Positions 40,800 through 55,329 of a stretch of DNA of 64,000 nt are shown here, one piece after another (positions within the stretch are counted from its first letter, which is position 1; each line of letters begins with the position of its first letter). This stretch comes from the human T2T-CHM13v2.0 reference genome, Homo sapiens. The position numbers and the translations under genes are program-made. The stretch lies in the NCBI RefSeq assembly GCF_009914755.1, contig NC_060939.1; one strand, written 5' to 3'. Below the pieces are notes generated by a model, which searched no databases, was not told the origin of the DNA, and worked only from the letters and a program-made list of their open reading frames with translations.

Positions 40800-40874
40800 C
40801 GGTGTAGCCTCTTAGTTGAGGTGGGATGGAGGTGATGAATTGCAGGAGCAAGGCTTCTCATCTGGGAAGCCCAG
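40800..40874 (+). ncRNA. Candidate non-coding internal exon (75 nt)
   Basis: Long pyrimidine tract ...ctctaccatttcag|C and donor CAG|gtaagc; stop codons in all three frames. Confidence 0.3.
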
Positions 40875-42440
40875 GTAAGCCCAGCAAAACTCAGATGGTC
40901 ATGAGCCCTAGCCACGGAGTTCTTTTGTGAGGCAAGTCATAGCAGCCAGTCCCCTGGATCATAGATGGTGGCCATTTCTATAGCTATCAATAAAACTCAC
41001 AAACTCTAGATAAATTACACTCTCTTGTTGATTCAAATAAGATTTTTTTCTCATTTAGATTGAAATAAATTTTTACTTTTGTTTTTCAAAGAACAGACAT
41101 GAAAACTATTGGGCTCATGGTCTCATTTTTGAGGATGGATGGCTATTTGTATGCAAGGTATATAATAATGTGAGTCTTAAGATTTCTCTTTGTAATATTT
41201 GATTTAAGGGACTTTTATCATACAATTGAATATCATTTTTATTTTGTTTATTAAATTAAATAATAAACCAAATAAAATATGTTTAGAAACATGCCCTTCA
41301 AATTAACACCTCAAAGCACAATTTGAGCATAACACTGTAGTTTAAACAGTTCCCTTCCCATTTCAAACATTACCTGGAGACTAAATAGCTTCAAACCCAA
41401 ATCTTTACCCCTTTTTCTGTATCCTCATTATGAACATAATTTTCTCTCTGTAACTCTTCCCACTATTCAACAAACCTACATCCTCCCGCAGTGATTCCAG
41501 ATTTTTCACTAACCACACCTTCTTGGTAGACATAGATGGAGTTGTGGGCTGGAGATAGGGTTGACTGGCAGAACTGCCACTATGGACAGCAGGAACACTG
41601 TTTGGTCATTGGCCCTTGAGGTCTAGCATGTGCATATGAGTGAATCAGGCTGGTCCCAATTCCAAGGCCACCCACAAAAATGCTTCCTGTGTGATCTGTT
41701 TTGAATGCCTTCTCTTGATTCACATGCACGAAAGAAATGCACAGTTTAGACTTCAGATACAGTACAGTTGAAAATGCTCGTGACATCATGCCTTATGTGA
41801 CTAAAAGATATCTTAGTGTTTCTGTTGAAACAAAGATAATAATTATAAATAAGCCTCTTATTTATTTCATAAGTGTCTTCTGTGTATGCACAAGCCTTTG
41901 CATTCATTGAGACAACCTGGAAATGTGATAGATGTATCAATGGTTTCTTTTTATTCTTCTAAATATCCACCCCCAACCACCCGCAATGTTACATGGCTGG
42001 GCTGGGGTGATGTTCCAGGGCATCAAGCAATGTGTGAGGCACTGAGATCTAAAAAGATATTTTCTTTTTTAAGAGGAGAGCTATGTGTTCACAAAATCAT
42101 TAGTGAACCCTAAAAGAGCCAAGAGCAACTTCAGACCTGTTAATACTCACACTGAAAATAAATGGCAGGTCAGACAATGTCCATGCCATAAAACTATGTA
42201 GATATGATTCTTATGTCTTCTGTCTTTGTAACATAGAGATAAGAAGAGAGAGTAGGAGCAAAAAGTGCTTTCCTGAATAAACATGATTTATAAATATGGT
42301 TCGATAGAAACACATGAAAAGTAAATTTTGTTGAGACTGGTGAAATTTTAGAAGGGGAAACAATTTTCTTATTAAAACCTAATTGTTCTCTGATTCTTTC
42401 TCTCCTTCTCTTCACCCTGTTTCTCTTTTTCTTTCCATAA

Positions 42441-42589
42441 ACACACACATTTATTTCTATATATATATATACACACACACAAACATACATATGCATATAT
42501 ACATACACATATGTGTTATGTGTATATACATATACGCATATGTATATACATATACAGCTATATGCATATGTATATACATATACACACAC
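42441..42589. repeat. Mixed (TA)/(CA)/(TG) alternating purine-pyrimidine tract
   Basis: Read directly from the sequence. Confidence 0.9.
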
Positions 42590-43979
42590 AATTAGTAAGT
42601 ACTCAGCCCAAAAAAGAAAAAAAATGGCAAAGTGACTTGACTTGGTCTGAGAAGAAACAGAACAGGCAACTGAGCTGAAAAGACCATGTGACCACACTTG
42701 AGATGAAAAAGCAACTCTATAATTAACCACTCCTAATTATGATCTGAGCATCACTTAGGAGAACCACTGTGTGGAAAAACTAAAAGTGCAAATGATTAAA
42801 TGTATGTCATTTTTGCTTTGGTGAGAAGTGTGCATTTTTAAGATGTAAAAATTATTTTTCAAACTAAAATAAACTACACTGTCAGTAATTCATCAAAAAC
42901 TTAATGAGCTTTTTTCTTCTTAAAGATTGGGTAAAATGATTTTATTACTTGTGAAGGAATCCTTCCCATATTTATAGGTTACTCAAAAATTTTGACTAAT
43001 TCCACAAAAATTTCCTGAGGCTTTGTGGCAGACAGTGTGCTAAGTGCTGATAAATAGTGGTATATTCCTCCTTATAAGCTGTCTATAGACTATAAGCTAT
43101 ATTTACCAATTTTGATAAATGCTATTGGTTCTTTCTAGACATTGTCACTTTCTTCTTAATTATGTTGTTAATTTCTGTTGCTGAGCTCTTTCCATAGACA
43201 ACGCAAACATAAACTTGAATTGGGCTCTTCAATTATTTGTTACTGGAATACTAATAAAAGGTTGTACATTTATTGATCTAGAGGCATTATCGCCAAGTAT
43301 TTATATATTTATATATTTATATATTAGACATATATCCAAGTATGCCATTATAAAATGTGTCTTCTAAACAACAGATGCAGAATAACAGCAATAAAAACCA
43401 CAGTAGAGACTTCAATGACTTTTCATTAACCAGTCAACCTCTCCAGCTAAACTATGATTTTGCTTCAAAAGAATAGCAGGTTTTAGATTTCAATAAAAAT
43501 TGACCCCTTGTAGAGATGTTTATGTGACTATTACATTTAATTTATTTTTTGCTTTATTTTATCAGAATCTTTTTCTGCCAAACATTGCAATTCAATGTTT
43601 TATAGATCACACATTCTGAGACCGAGTTTTAGTTGAGGTTAGTGATTAATTTGAAAAATAAACTCACTGAAGTTGCAGAGTATGGGAGATACCTGATTTA
43701 TAGATATAGAAAAACACCACCAAAACTTTGGAATTCCTGGATAACTCTTAGTCTCTTTCCAAAGCACAATGGGGTAAACAGAAAATATGGCTTAAATGTC
43801 ACATTCGGTTCAATTATAAGATGTGGAAGAGATTAAGATAAAGAAATAATCAGTAATAGAAGCATCATCTTCTAACCAGAGATTCCTTATGCATTTGAAA
43901 ATATAAACTATGAGATGGACTTTCAGTAACTACATCTACATACTGAATATTAAGGTTTTCAGCAAGAAGTAAGTTTTCA

Positions 43980-44410
43980 TCATCTGAATAAATTCCAAAA
44001 GTTGGCTAAAATCATAAGTGGTGGTGTTGAGGTGGCAGAGAAAAAATGAGAAGGCCACAATGACAACCATCTAAGTAAGAGATGTTGAGGCCTCCACTGA
44101 AAGAGAGTCAGTGTTATTAGAAAGTGAGAAACAGTGTGCAGTAGCATTGGACAGAGTGAATCGATTTGGAGGCTGAGGGAGAAAGGGAAGAACAAGGTAA
44201 CTGTGTGGTTCAAGCCTGGTGATAAATACTGAAAAAACGGACAGAAATGAGCAGGAAGGAAGCAGTTTGGAAAGAGGGGTTTAATCCTGTTGAAATGGGT
44301 GCATTCTGGGTCATGCAGATTGGAATATTCAGTAGGTTGATGGTGATACAGAATTGAAGCGGAGGGAGGAGGATCCTGGCTCTAAAGAAGTGAGCTATCT
44401 GAGTCAAAGC
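43980..44410 (-). mobile_element. Degraded L2
   Basis: Purine-rich relic containing caagcctggtgata...tttggaaag...gttgaaatgg. Confidence 0.4.
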
Positions 44411-45864
44411 AGATATTTTTTTTCTTCTTCCACCCTCCATTCTCTCTTTTCTTGCTACATGCTATCCTGACAGTTTTCTGCTGTTTTCCTTATTTTGGAA
44501 GCTTCCATGATCAGTGATATATAAACATAACTTTTTTTTCCTTCTCTGTCTTCAGAAACAGACTATAGGCAAGTGATACACTATTTGATGGAAGCTACTT
44601 TGTGAGTCAAGTCTGTATTTGATCCAATTTTGTATCCTACACAGCACATAAATAATGTCTAGTACATAGAATTCATTCTACAAATGGATAATGTGTGGTC
44701 CCACATGGCATAGCTCCTTCTGAATCATATGTGAGGACCCATTGACTAACCCATAATCAATCCAGGAATGAGACTTAGTGCACAAGAGGAATATGTGTGT
44801 TTATATCAGTGCGTTCTTTGTAAGAAATATGCCAGATGGGAAGAAAATGGGGCCGTCCTTTGACCTTGAAGAGGGACTAAACACAGCTGGTCATCAGAAA
44901 CAACACACACTCACATACACACACATAGACCACAGTTCTTTGACAGCTTTCTCTTGATCCCAAAGGAAGATAATAAATGTTAAAAATAAATCACTGAATT
45001 GTAAATTCTTAAAAAATGGCCAGATTTTAAACTTAACCATGTTGGAAACATCACATTGGATTCGAATTTCAGTTTCTTTTTATACTATATTTTAACTTAT
45101 TCTTCATAGATTTTGCAGTTAACAGTAGGTGGTGGGGAAGCTGGGCTTTTCTTGAAAGAACTTACTTGAAAACACCATTTTTTTGAATGGAGAAGGAAAT
45201 ATTCTAAACAACAGTCTAGAATTCCTGTGAGGTTGCTATTGTAAAAGCAGCCTGGTTTGTGAATCATCAATCCCTATCTTTGATTCTGTTATTTTCCAAA
45301 TTGTTAGTAAAATAGAGTAGGTTCTCACTCTACTCTGTCACCATCTTCTGTAGCAAAATTTGGCTTCCTAGAATGGTGGAAACTCTGTTTTTCCTCCTTA
45401 TGCCCTGTAATATACACTCTCAAAGGCCCTGATAAGAAACACTGACTTGCACATGGCAAGTCTAATGACATGTGGCTCCCTACCCAGTTGAGCCACGTTC
45501 ACCATTTTCTGAGCTAAGGGAAGTCTGTGGCTGCTGTGTGCTGGCCCCTTGAAATGCTCCAGCTCAGTGTGGCCAATTCTGCTCTGGCTCTTGAGAGATG
45601 CAAGATGCATACTGTATTCTTTCTGGGTAGAGGCACTACTGACTGAGTTAAGTTTACCCTTTTCCCTTTCATTGAGAGCTTAGACATTTTTTAAAAAACT
45701 GTTTTTCATTGATTTCTTTATATACTTTAAAGAAAAATCATGTTTTGGGCCACTAAGACCCTATAGTCATATTATTGTGTTTCAGTTTCCTTAAAAATAA
45801 ACAAAAAGATAGCATAGAAAGGACAAGTGCTTGTCAAATATTCCTTGTATTTCCCCATACTTTG

Positions 45865-46457
<593 letters not shown>

Positions 46458-46621
46458 AATAGTATTTGTGATGCTCTAATGACACTAAATTACTAATATA
46501 TGTATATATATATTTTATATATTTATCTCAAGTAGAAGTTTAATGTTCTTAATTTTATGATGCAGAAAAAATGCTATGTAAAAATGATTACTTGGTGCCA
46601 ACATTAAAGATGGATATTTTA

Positions 46622-46925
46622 GGCTGGGCATAGTGACTCATGCCTGTAATCCAAGCACTTTGGGAAGTCAAGGCCAAAGGATCCCTTGAGGCCAGGAGTT
46701 TGAAAACAGCCTGGGCAGTCCTATCTCTATTAAAAAAAAAAAATATATATATATATATATAGCTGGAAGTGGTGGTGCATGCCTATAGTCCTAGCTACTC
46801 AAGAGGCTGAGGTGGGGGGATCACTTAAACCCAGAAGGTTGAGGTTGCAGTGAGCTGCAATTGTGCCACTGCACTCCAGCCTGGGTGACAAAGCAAGATT
46901 CTGTTTCAGAAAAAAAAAAATAAAA
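46622..46925 (+). mobile_element. AluJ-like with A/(TA)n expansion in the linker
   Basis: cttgaggccaggagttt...aaaaatatatatatatatatagctgg. Confidence 0.9.
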
Positions 46926-47062
46926 GAAGAAAGGAAGGAGGCAGGGAAAGGAAGAGAAGGGAAGGGGAGGGGAGGGGAGGGAAAGAAAAGAAAGAAAGAG
47001 AGAAGGGAGGGTAGGGAGGGGAGGGGATGGGAAGGGGAGGGGAGGGGAGATAGAAGAGAGGA
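46921..47062 (+). repeat. Polypurine GA/GGGA tract extending from the Alu tail
   Basis: Read directly from the sequence. Confidence 0.9.
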
Positions 47063-48069
47063 TGGTTTGGTTGTCTGTCTCTCACTGACACTAAAAAGAA
47101 GTTTCCATTCCTCACCATGAAAAAGAAGTTTCCAATGGTTCCTTTAGTCAAATATCTCCTTAGCCAATTGCTGTCTTGTGCCTAATCCAAATTGTATTAT
47201 GTGCCCATTCAGATTATCAAAAGGAACATCTAGCCTTCTTATAGGCTTGGAAAGTTCACAGTGATCTTTAGGGCAAGGGTCATGTCTTATGATGTTTTTA
47301 CTCCCATCACTAAGAAAACCTGTGATTTTCAGTAGGCAGTAATAAAGTTTACTGTTAAATGAATGAATGTATCAAAATTATTAGTCATCTACAAGCATGT
47401 CAGAAAAGTTTTTGAATACTCAGTTCCTGCTGGACTGAAAATAAATTGTGTAAATTTTCCTCAGAACACTTGCCTACATAATATTAATCCTTTTCCTTCA
47501 TCCCAAATCATTCCCCACCCACAACAGTCTGAAATTAGCAAAGGAATTAAGCAGTATCTGGTTAGTTAAACTGTGAAAAGAAGTGTCTCTCACCTTAGAT
47601 ACCAACCTCCTGGACTGGCCCTTAATCACTGTCATTTTCTCTGACTAAAGGAGAACCTCCTTCAGGAGACCTGTGCAGCATTGATTTGTCTGAGTCATAG
47701 CCTGGTGCAGGTGATTCAGCTAATTTGCTATAATTACAAATTTTCTTTTCCTAGAGGTAACACTCAATAAAAACCTTGGGCTCTCTCTCTCATGTTTGTC
47801 TTGAAAGCACCAAAAATAACCCCTTAAAATTATTTTATTCATGAGCCTGTTATAGAAATTTTCTTTCTTATTTGGTACCTTGCTGCGACTTAAGTTTCTG
47901 GCAAAATCTGGGATGAATTGATGTGTGTGGTGGAGGGAGTTATAAAGGTAGTGTCATTCTTGGGACTTCCAATTTATAACTGCTACCAGATTTGGTTGTG
48001 TGACTGAATTGTTGGACTTCACATGTTCTAAAGTGAATTTCCGATATTTCCCACAAAGGTTATTCAGCT

Positions 48070-48897
48070 TGTAGTATTCATCATCTTAACTGCTCACACC
48101 CAAACTTCTTGGAGTTATCCTTGACACCTCTCTTCTTTCACATCTCACATCTCATCTATCAGAAAATCCTATTGACTCCATATTCAGAATATATACTGAA
48201 ACCTCCCACTTCTCATGGCTTCCATTGCACCACTCTGGTACAGGCTACCATCATCTCTTGATTGTAATAGCCTCCTAAGTCATCGCTCTTCTTTGTCTCA
48301 TGATCTCCTAGAACCCATCTCAACACAGCAGCCACAGTGATCTTTTAAACTATAGATCAGATATTACTACTTCTCTACTGAAAATCCCCATGATAGAGTT
48401 TCACCTTGCACACAGTAAAAGCCAACATCCGTGTAACAGCCCACTTTATCCTATGAGATTTGACTCTTTGTTACCCATCTCTTCTCCTCCCCTAAAATCT
48501 CCCACCCCCTATTCACTATGCTACAGATCATTAGTTTCCTTCTTGTTCCTGAAACCCACCTTACATGGCTTCTGCCCCAGGATCTTGGCAGTTGCTGTCC
48601 TTCTGGTTATGTTCTTTCCACAGATGGCTAGCTCCCTCATCTCCTATAGGTTTGCTCAGATATCACCCTAATGGGCCTGCCATGATCTTTTGCACCTGCC
48701 CCTTCCCTGGGTATGCTTATTTCTGCTTGTTCAGGTAATTTTCTCCTTCATTTTATTTATTATTTGTTTTTCCTTCTAGAATTTAAACTCCATGCGGGAG
48801 AGAGGTTTTTGATTTGGCTCACGATTGTATCCCAAATGTCTGGAACAGAATCTGTCGCACAACAGATGCACAATCAATATTTAGTGAACAAATGAAT
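48070..48897 (+). mobile_element. L2 (L2a-like) 3' region
   Basis: ttggagttatccttgacacctctc...cacagcagccacagtgatctttt...tcaatatttagtgaacaaatgaat. Confidence 0.8.
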
Positions 48898-49929
48898 TTT
48901 ATACGGCGCAATCTCCCAGCAAATACCTTGCAGCTGGTAAACAGTTGGTATGGTGGGATGACATTTGAGGGAAGAGCAGAAGGAGAAAGAATGAAGACAT
49001 TTGAGTTCACCAGCTAAAAGAAATAACCTGAAAAGTCATCTGGGAACCATAGCTTTTGTGAATTTTTAATTTCTGATTTTTGTGCAATGAAGTAAGAAGG
49101 GAATCCCCTTGTATTCTTCACATATTATAATTAGAGCATGTTGCCAATTAATGTGAGCATATACCCAGAAATTTATTTCATTAGCAATGTTTTATTTTTG
49201 TAACCAAACAATAGCTATGTGCCAATAAGTGAGTAGTTTGTGTACATATTTAACAAAGTTTGTGAGTCAGCTCAATTCTATTTTTAAAAGCGTATATAAA
49301 CTCAATACTTACAGTCTCCGTATTTATACAGATCAGGCCCTTAGAAGTCTTTAATTATAAGATACTCAAGATTCTATACTTCTGTTTATATAGTTACTAG
49401 AAACAACTGATACAATTTGGCCTGAGCTGTGCCAACACTATAATTTTGAATGTACTTTCTTCTCTGGGTGTGTGAACTCTCCTTTACAGAGAGAATTTAT
49501 CATGTGACCTAAGTGATGATATGATCTGCACAATATCCTCTGGGCCATGGTGTATCTTTTCATTACAGGCTTTTCTGTGTGGGATTTCTCATTCACTTTG
49601 CAAAGGCAGAGCTGAAAGCAGACAGTGTATTATTGACTAAGTGCTGATGCTATTCTCACAGCTGAACACTTTATACCTAATTTCCACCCTGTGGGTTTAG
49701 AGGCCAAGTTAAGCAGACAATAACAATCAGATGAAAAGTAACTTGAGGTCTCAAGAAAGCCAGACTCACTTAAATTTGTAAAAAATCCTTCACTGGGATA
49801 CTGCAAAAAATTTTTCCAGAAGATCACAACTGCCAAGAGGAATTTGAACACATGGTAGTTTCATTTGAAAAGCATTTCAGGCACTAAAGGAAAAACAGGA
49901 AAAAAATACAATGCATCTGAGACATAGTC

Positions 49930-50760
49930 CAAGTGACAGGAAATGTCAGCCTCCAACATTTATGGAGCACATATTTTAGGTTGAGTTCGGAAGGTTACAT
50001 AAAAGCAAGTGGCTCGCATGCCGGAAGAGTTGAACTTGGGAGAGCAAAAAGAAGGATGGAAACCAGGGAGGCTATGAATATGCCAAGACAGTTGTGCACG
50101 TGTTAGAGACTGGATGAAAGCAGTGGTTTTAGAAATAGAGGGAGGAACGTGTCTAAGACATATGAGCAAGAGAGAAATACAGGGACTTGGCAGAATGAAG
50201 AAATGAAAGAGAGAACTCAAAAGATGGCTTCCATGAGTTAGGACACAGGAGGCAAGAGATTATCCTCACCATCAGTAAAGCCAAACAAAATGACAGTGGG
50301 CATTGCAGCAAATCGGGGATAGGGATTTTAGGATGAGCTTGGCTGTGGTTATATTTAACTAGTTATTGGCAAGAAATCTGTGTGACAAAAAGCTATAGTC
50401 AGTAAGAAATACTGGGCTGAGGGTTGCCTTAGTAGAGTCAGATGCAAGCGTGTTTTTAGTGGTGGTTGTTAGCTGGAAAGGAACAGAGCCCTGGGGAAAG
50501 AACACAAGACCCCCAGCTAAACTTCAGAAGAGAACTGCCATTCATGCATGAGGGAGATGGAAGGACCACTTTTCAGGATCAAATTAGAAAGAAAAACAAA
50601 TATTCAGTGGTGCTGAAGATAAAGTTAAAAAAAAAAAGACGGGTGTTGAATGATGACTTAACATAGAAGCGACTGAATTCAGGAACAGAATAGAGGATTT
50701 TGTGTTGGTCAATAAGAAATGCAGCCAGGTTGCCTGGATGAAAAACATTAGTGGTAAGGA
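49930..50760 (-). mobile_element. Degraded L2
   Basis: Purine-rich relic: gcagtggttttagaaatagagggaggaac...acagggacttggcaga. Confidence 0.45.
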
Positions 50761-53118
50761 CATGAAGGCAATTTAGAATATATGCATTCGAATAGTTTAG
50801 CACATAGAAAGGAAACAAGAAAATGAGAATTGTGACACATTTTTATGGAATCTGCTGGAGAATCTGTTGCTAGGATTTATATTTATAATTCTTTCTTTGA
50901 CCTTTAGGAGACCAAACACTACAATCAGGCTCATCTGTTTGTCCTCACCTTGTGTGTAACTTGCTCCTTCTTCCTTTTGCCTTTGAAATGTTACCATTCC
51001 CCTGACATTCCGCTTGACACTTAACCTTACCATGGCAGCATTGTGAGGTTAATCTTAAATCGTGTCCTTAAACACTCACTTTGCATACTATTTTGTATCT
51101 CTTTATGAGTCTCTTTTGGTCTTTCTTATGTTTATTTGAACTGTGTCACCTAAATAGATCACCTGTCCTTCCAGACAAGTGTTGCCAGTTCCTGACCAAA
51201 CATTTCTAATTCCAAAAACATGTTCTTCATCTTGTCATTGACATTTAATGAAAAAATACCATCTGGAAGGTGAAAGACAAGTTAAACAGAGAAGTAAATA
51301 ATGCTGGGGAGAAACCAAAGTGGACAGAAGTCAAAAGTAAAAATAAATTTGTAATGTAAGTTGGGAGGGTAGGAACAAGGTGTATTGAGAAATGACAAAA
51401 TGGAGTGTTCCTGCTAACAACAAGCAAGACAAATGATATGTTTATGACTGTAAAAGAATGTAGACACAATTTCATTTATACAATAGCTTGATGTACCATT
51501 TGTCTTCTAAATGTTTACAGGCAGGAGTTTCAAAATACACAGTAGTCTTTTCAGCCATAGATGCTGCATAAGTTTTGGCAACAGCAGATCCCAGTTTTCT
51601 GAGAAGAACTGGCCTTAGAAGATTCCAATATACTGAAATGTTTTATGGAATCATAATCAATACATTTTATTTTTTTAATGAGGTTGATTTGAATGTGTTT
51701 CCAACCATAATATTGTATGAATATCTGTTAATATGAAGCCATTCATCCAAGAAGTGGAGCAGAGAAAGCATTTGTAGCCTGTAGATGGCTGATTTCCACG
51801 TGGTTATTTGGGTCAGGATGGATGGAGTGTGAGTGGGTGACTGCCACATCTCTACACTCAGAGATCTCCTGTAACCTCAAATTCCTTAGTTCATTATTGA
51901 TATTATTATAACTCAATGAGATAATTAAGCAGGTTTTTAATCCATGAATCATGAGCACTTTCTAGCAAGTTTACCACACCTCCTTCATCATATACAATTT
52001 CTAATGTTATAAAGGCAGCTAAATTCATTCTAATTTCATTCAGTATATTATAATTAGAGTAAATAGCTTGGGGAAAGATTTTGAATGCCTATCAAACCTT
52101 GTTTGTGTTCACAATACATTGACAATATTTCCACTCAAGTGTTTAAAATCCATTAATAATATTCCTTATATGGTGCACATCAAATTTTGTGAGTCCCCAC
52201 TATTTCCAAGATGTGTGACCTACTTGCCAATCCTTGAGACACTTAGATCCTTCACCCTCCTTTTCCTATGTGGGGCAGTGGGCTATAACCACCCTTGAGA
52301 AAGATACCTTCCATGATGTACAGAAAGGGGAGACTTGGCTGCCTCTTCTTTCTTTTTTGGCATGGACAATTTTATATCTGTTCTATAATGCTAAGTAGGA
52401 AGGAACTTTAGCCTGCATTTGGGGATCCTGAGTCCTTATTCATGCTCACTGCCACCAGCTAGTCATATGACCTATACCATTTGATTCCATGGGTCTCTCT
52501 CTTTCCTCATAATGACTGAGGGTAATGTCTGCGTTAGATAGCTGTAGTATAAACAGCAACATCTGTGGATGTGCTTCTCACAGTTTAAAGTTGTAAATAT
52601 TATGTTGACATTGTTTGGGTTACTAGCCATCTTCCAGACTGGAAAGTGCTATACAAGTCCATATTACTGTTATTTGCTCAGATCTGGAATGCCTGGGTTG
52701 GAAGTGCATTTGCCATGGTCTTTCTGGCATGGCCTCCTTTTCAGTGCACCATGACAGAGTCACCTTTTGTGGGTGTTGATTCTTTGTATAGAAAAAGGCT
52801 TTGTTGTAAAATAGAGAAAAGCTTGCTGCTACTCATAGTATCCTAAAATCTATAGATTTCTATGAATTTCAAATCAACTAGAAGTATTACTTATTGTCCC
52901 CTTCCCTCTAAGCCTTAAGTGTGTATACCAAATAGTATTCTCCAGAACCCAAACAGACAGGCAAATACTTCTCTAACCAGGAGTAGTTTCAGATTATTAC
53001 AAGAGAGAGCACCAACTAGAAAATTAGCCTTCTGCCAGTGAGGGCAGGAAAATGCATTCCAATTTAGCAAATTAAAATGATTTCTATCACATGGAATGTA
53101 ATGATAGATATGTCACCT

Positions 53119-53670
53119 TGTGGCAGATGGTAGTTTCCAAAAAAACTTTATAGCTACAACAATATCTCCTTATCCCTACACACCTCTCATTGAGAGGTAG
53201 AGTCTGTGTACCCTCTCTTTGAAACTTGGCAAGCTGTTACAACTGTGTTGGCCAATAGCAAATAGTTGAAATGACTTTTGAGGCTAGGTTGTAAGATGCA
53301 ATGCAGTTTCCACTTTGCTACCTGGGAGTAGCAAAACCTTGGGCTACTATTTAAATAGTCTGACTGCTCTGATCCCATCATGCTGCAAGGAAGTCCAAAT
53401 TAACCCACATGGCATGACCATATAGAGGTCCCAAGACTACAACAACACAGAGCCATGCCCAGGCATCTCCCAGATGTTCTCACACCTGATGTCCCAGCTC
53501 CACTCACCATCTGACTGCAGCCTCATGAGAGACTCCAGCCAGAACCACCCAGCTAAGAGCTTCTTAAATCTCTAATTCTTACAAACCATGGGAGATAACA
53601 AAATGATTATTGTTTAAAGCCTCTTAATTTAGGGGGTGATTTTAGTGCAGTAATCAACAACTGGAATGCA
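53119..53670 (+). mobile_element. MLT1F/G/H-like LTR
   Basis: tgtggcagatg...ttgaggctaggttgtaaga...tgactgcagcctcatgagagactccagccagaaccacccagctaag. Confidence 0.75.
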
Positions 53671-54629
53671 CTAGAAAATATCAAAGTAAGTGCAAAAATA
53701 ACTTTTAAAGAGAAATTTTCATCAATATACAGTTACCAAACTTCAGCAACTTCAGAAGCCCCTTGGCTTTTTTGGGAAAAAGATATCAGGCTGTTTTGGG
53801 AAATTAATGAATTATGGCCACCTACCGTGGAAAACTGTCTTCTTGGCATATCTAACTAAGAACAGTATATTTTTCTAATAGCTCATCATCATTGCTAGAC
53901 CAAAATAAGTGCAAAGGTTGCTAATAATAATGATAAACAAATTGATGATTTAGAAGACAGTCATGGTATCTTGGGGATGTGGTCAGAATCCTAACCAGTG
54001 AATCACCTACCTTTAGAGTAAGCCACCTGGCTAAAATGTGACTGAGTAGGCCATTGTCTCTTTCAACAACTACATCTTGGACTTTTTTCCCTGTGTCTAT
54101 TTACCATCTGCAGGACACTGTGAGGAGCAAGTCATGAGAAGTATACAAAGTCTCATGGAGTTTATAATCATGTGCACATGCACATACACACCCACACACG
54201 CAGTTACTAACAATACAGAGGAGATTGTGTCCCCCAAATAAGTAGGACTGACAGGCTGTGGATATTCACAAAGGAGAAAGTTCATAATAGCTAAAATGGG
54301 CAAGGATGACTTTCAGTGGAGATGGGATATTTTAAGCCTGAAATAAAGTGCTAGGGAGTAAAGAATAGCTGAGAGTTTGGGATCAGCAGGTTTTCTTTAA
54401 CTAAGTTAAGATCAGGCCCATGATGCCCGGATAAGATTTCAAGGATGAAGGCTGCTTTGCTCCCTCAGTCCTTTGAGTAAGTATCAGAAGGATATGTCAT
54501 TACACAGATAATGGGGAAAATACTCAGTTGCATCCAGAATGAGCTAGACTAGTTTATTGCGAGAGAAATAAAATTACTCTAAGTCAGACAAAATTCCTGT
54601 TCAAATAATATTAAAAATTATAAAGATTT

Positions 54630-55329
54630 TCATCTTTTTGGTCACCATGTGCTCAAACCCCTTACAGGAATGGGAACACACAGACAGGCAAGTGAAAGAG
54701 CCAGAGCAAGCACTATGGGCTCCTGCCCCATGGTAGTGTCTAGGAGTGGGTGTCTGTAACTCCTGAAGCCCATGTGGGCATGTGTTACAGTGCACTCTTT
54801 TAGCTTTGCCATCCGCAGATAGCTTAAAGTTAACCAGCTCAGTGTCCTCTTGGTACCCAGGTCCTTGTCCAGCGTCCAGGAAAAATCAGGTCACACACGG
54901 ACTTGAAGGATGAATGTGGGGGTTTTACTGAGCGGTGGAGGCAGCTCTCAGCTGGATGGATGGGGAGCTGGAAGGGGGATGGAGTGGGAAGATGATTTTC
55001 CCCTGGGGTTTGGCCATCCAGCAAACAATCTTCTCTCCAATCATCCCCAGCCAAACTCCTCTTGGGATTCAGACACTCCTTCTCTTCTCTCTGCTATGCC
55101 ATTCTGCCATTCTTCTGCTCTCCTGTTTGTCTCTCTCCATGGAGCGTATGGTTTGTGGCTTATATAGGTACAGAAGAGGGGGGTGTGGTGGGTAAAAAGA
55201 CAACTTTTGGGTGAGAAAAGAGGAATGCATGTTCTCACTGAGGGCCATGAGTTTCCAGGTTTGCTGGGGGACCTCTGCCGGGGAACCACCCTCTTCTACC
55301 CAGTATTTCCCTGTCTCCTGTGTGTATCA
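54630..55329 (-). mobile_element. LTR1/LTR27/MER52-group ERV1 LTR (3' end apparently clipped)
   Basis: Reverse complement begins tgatacacacaggagacagggaaatactgggtagaagagggtggttccccggc. Confidence 0.8.

Noticed and set aside
53092-53110. miR-1-like TGGAATGTAA
   Set aside because: The match stops after about 11 nt and no precursor hairpin is present.
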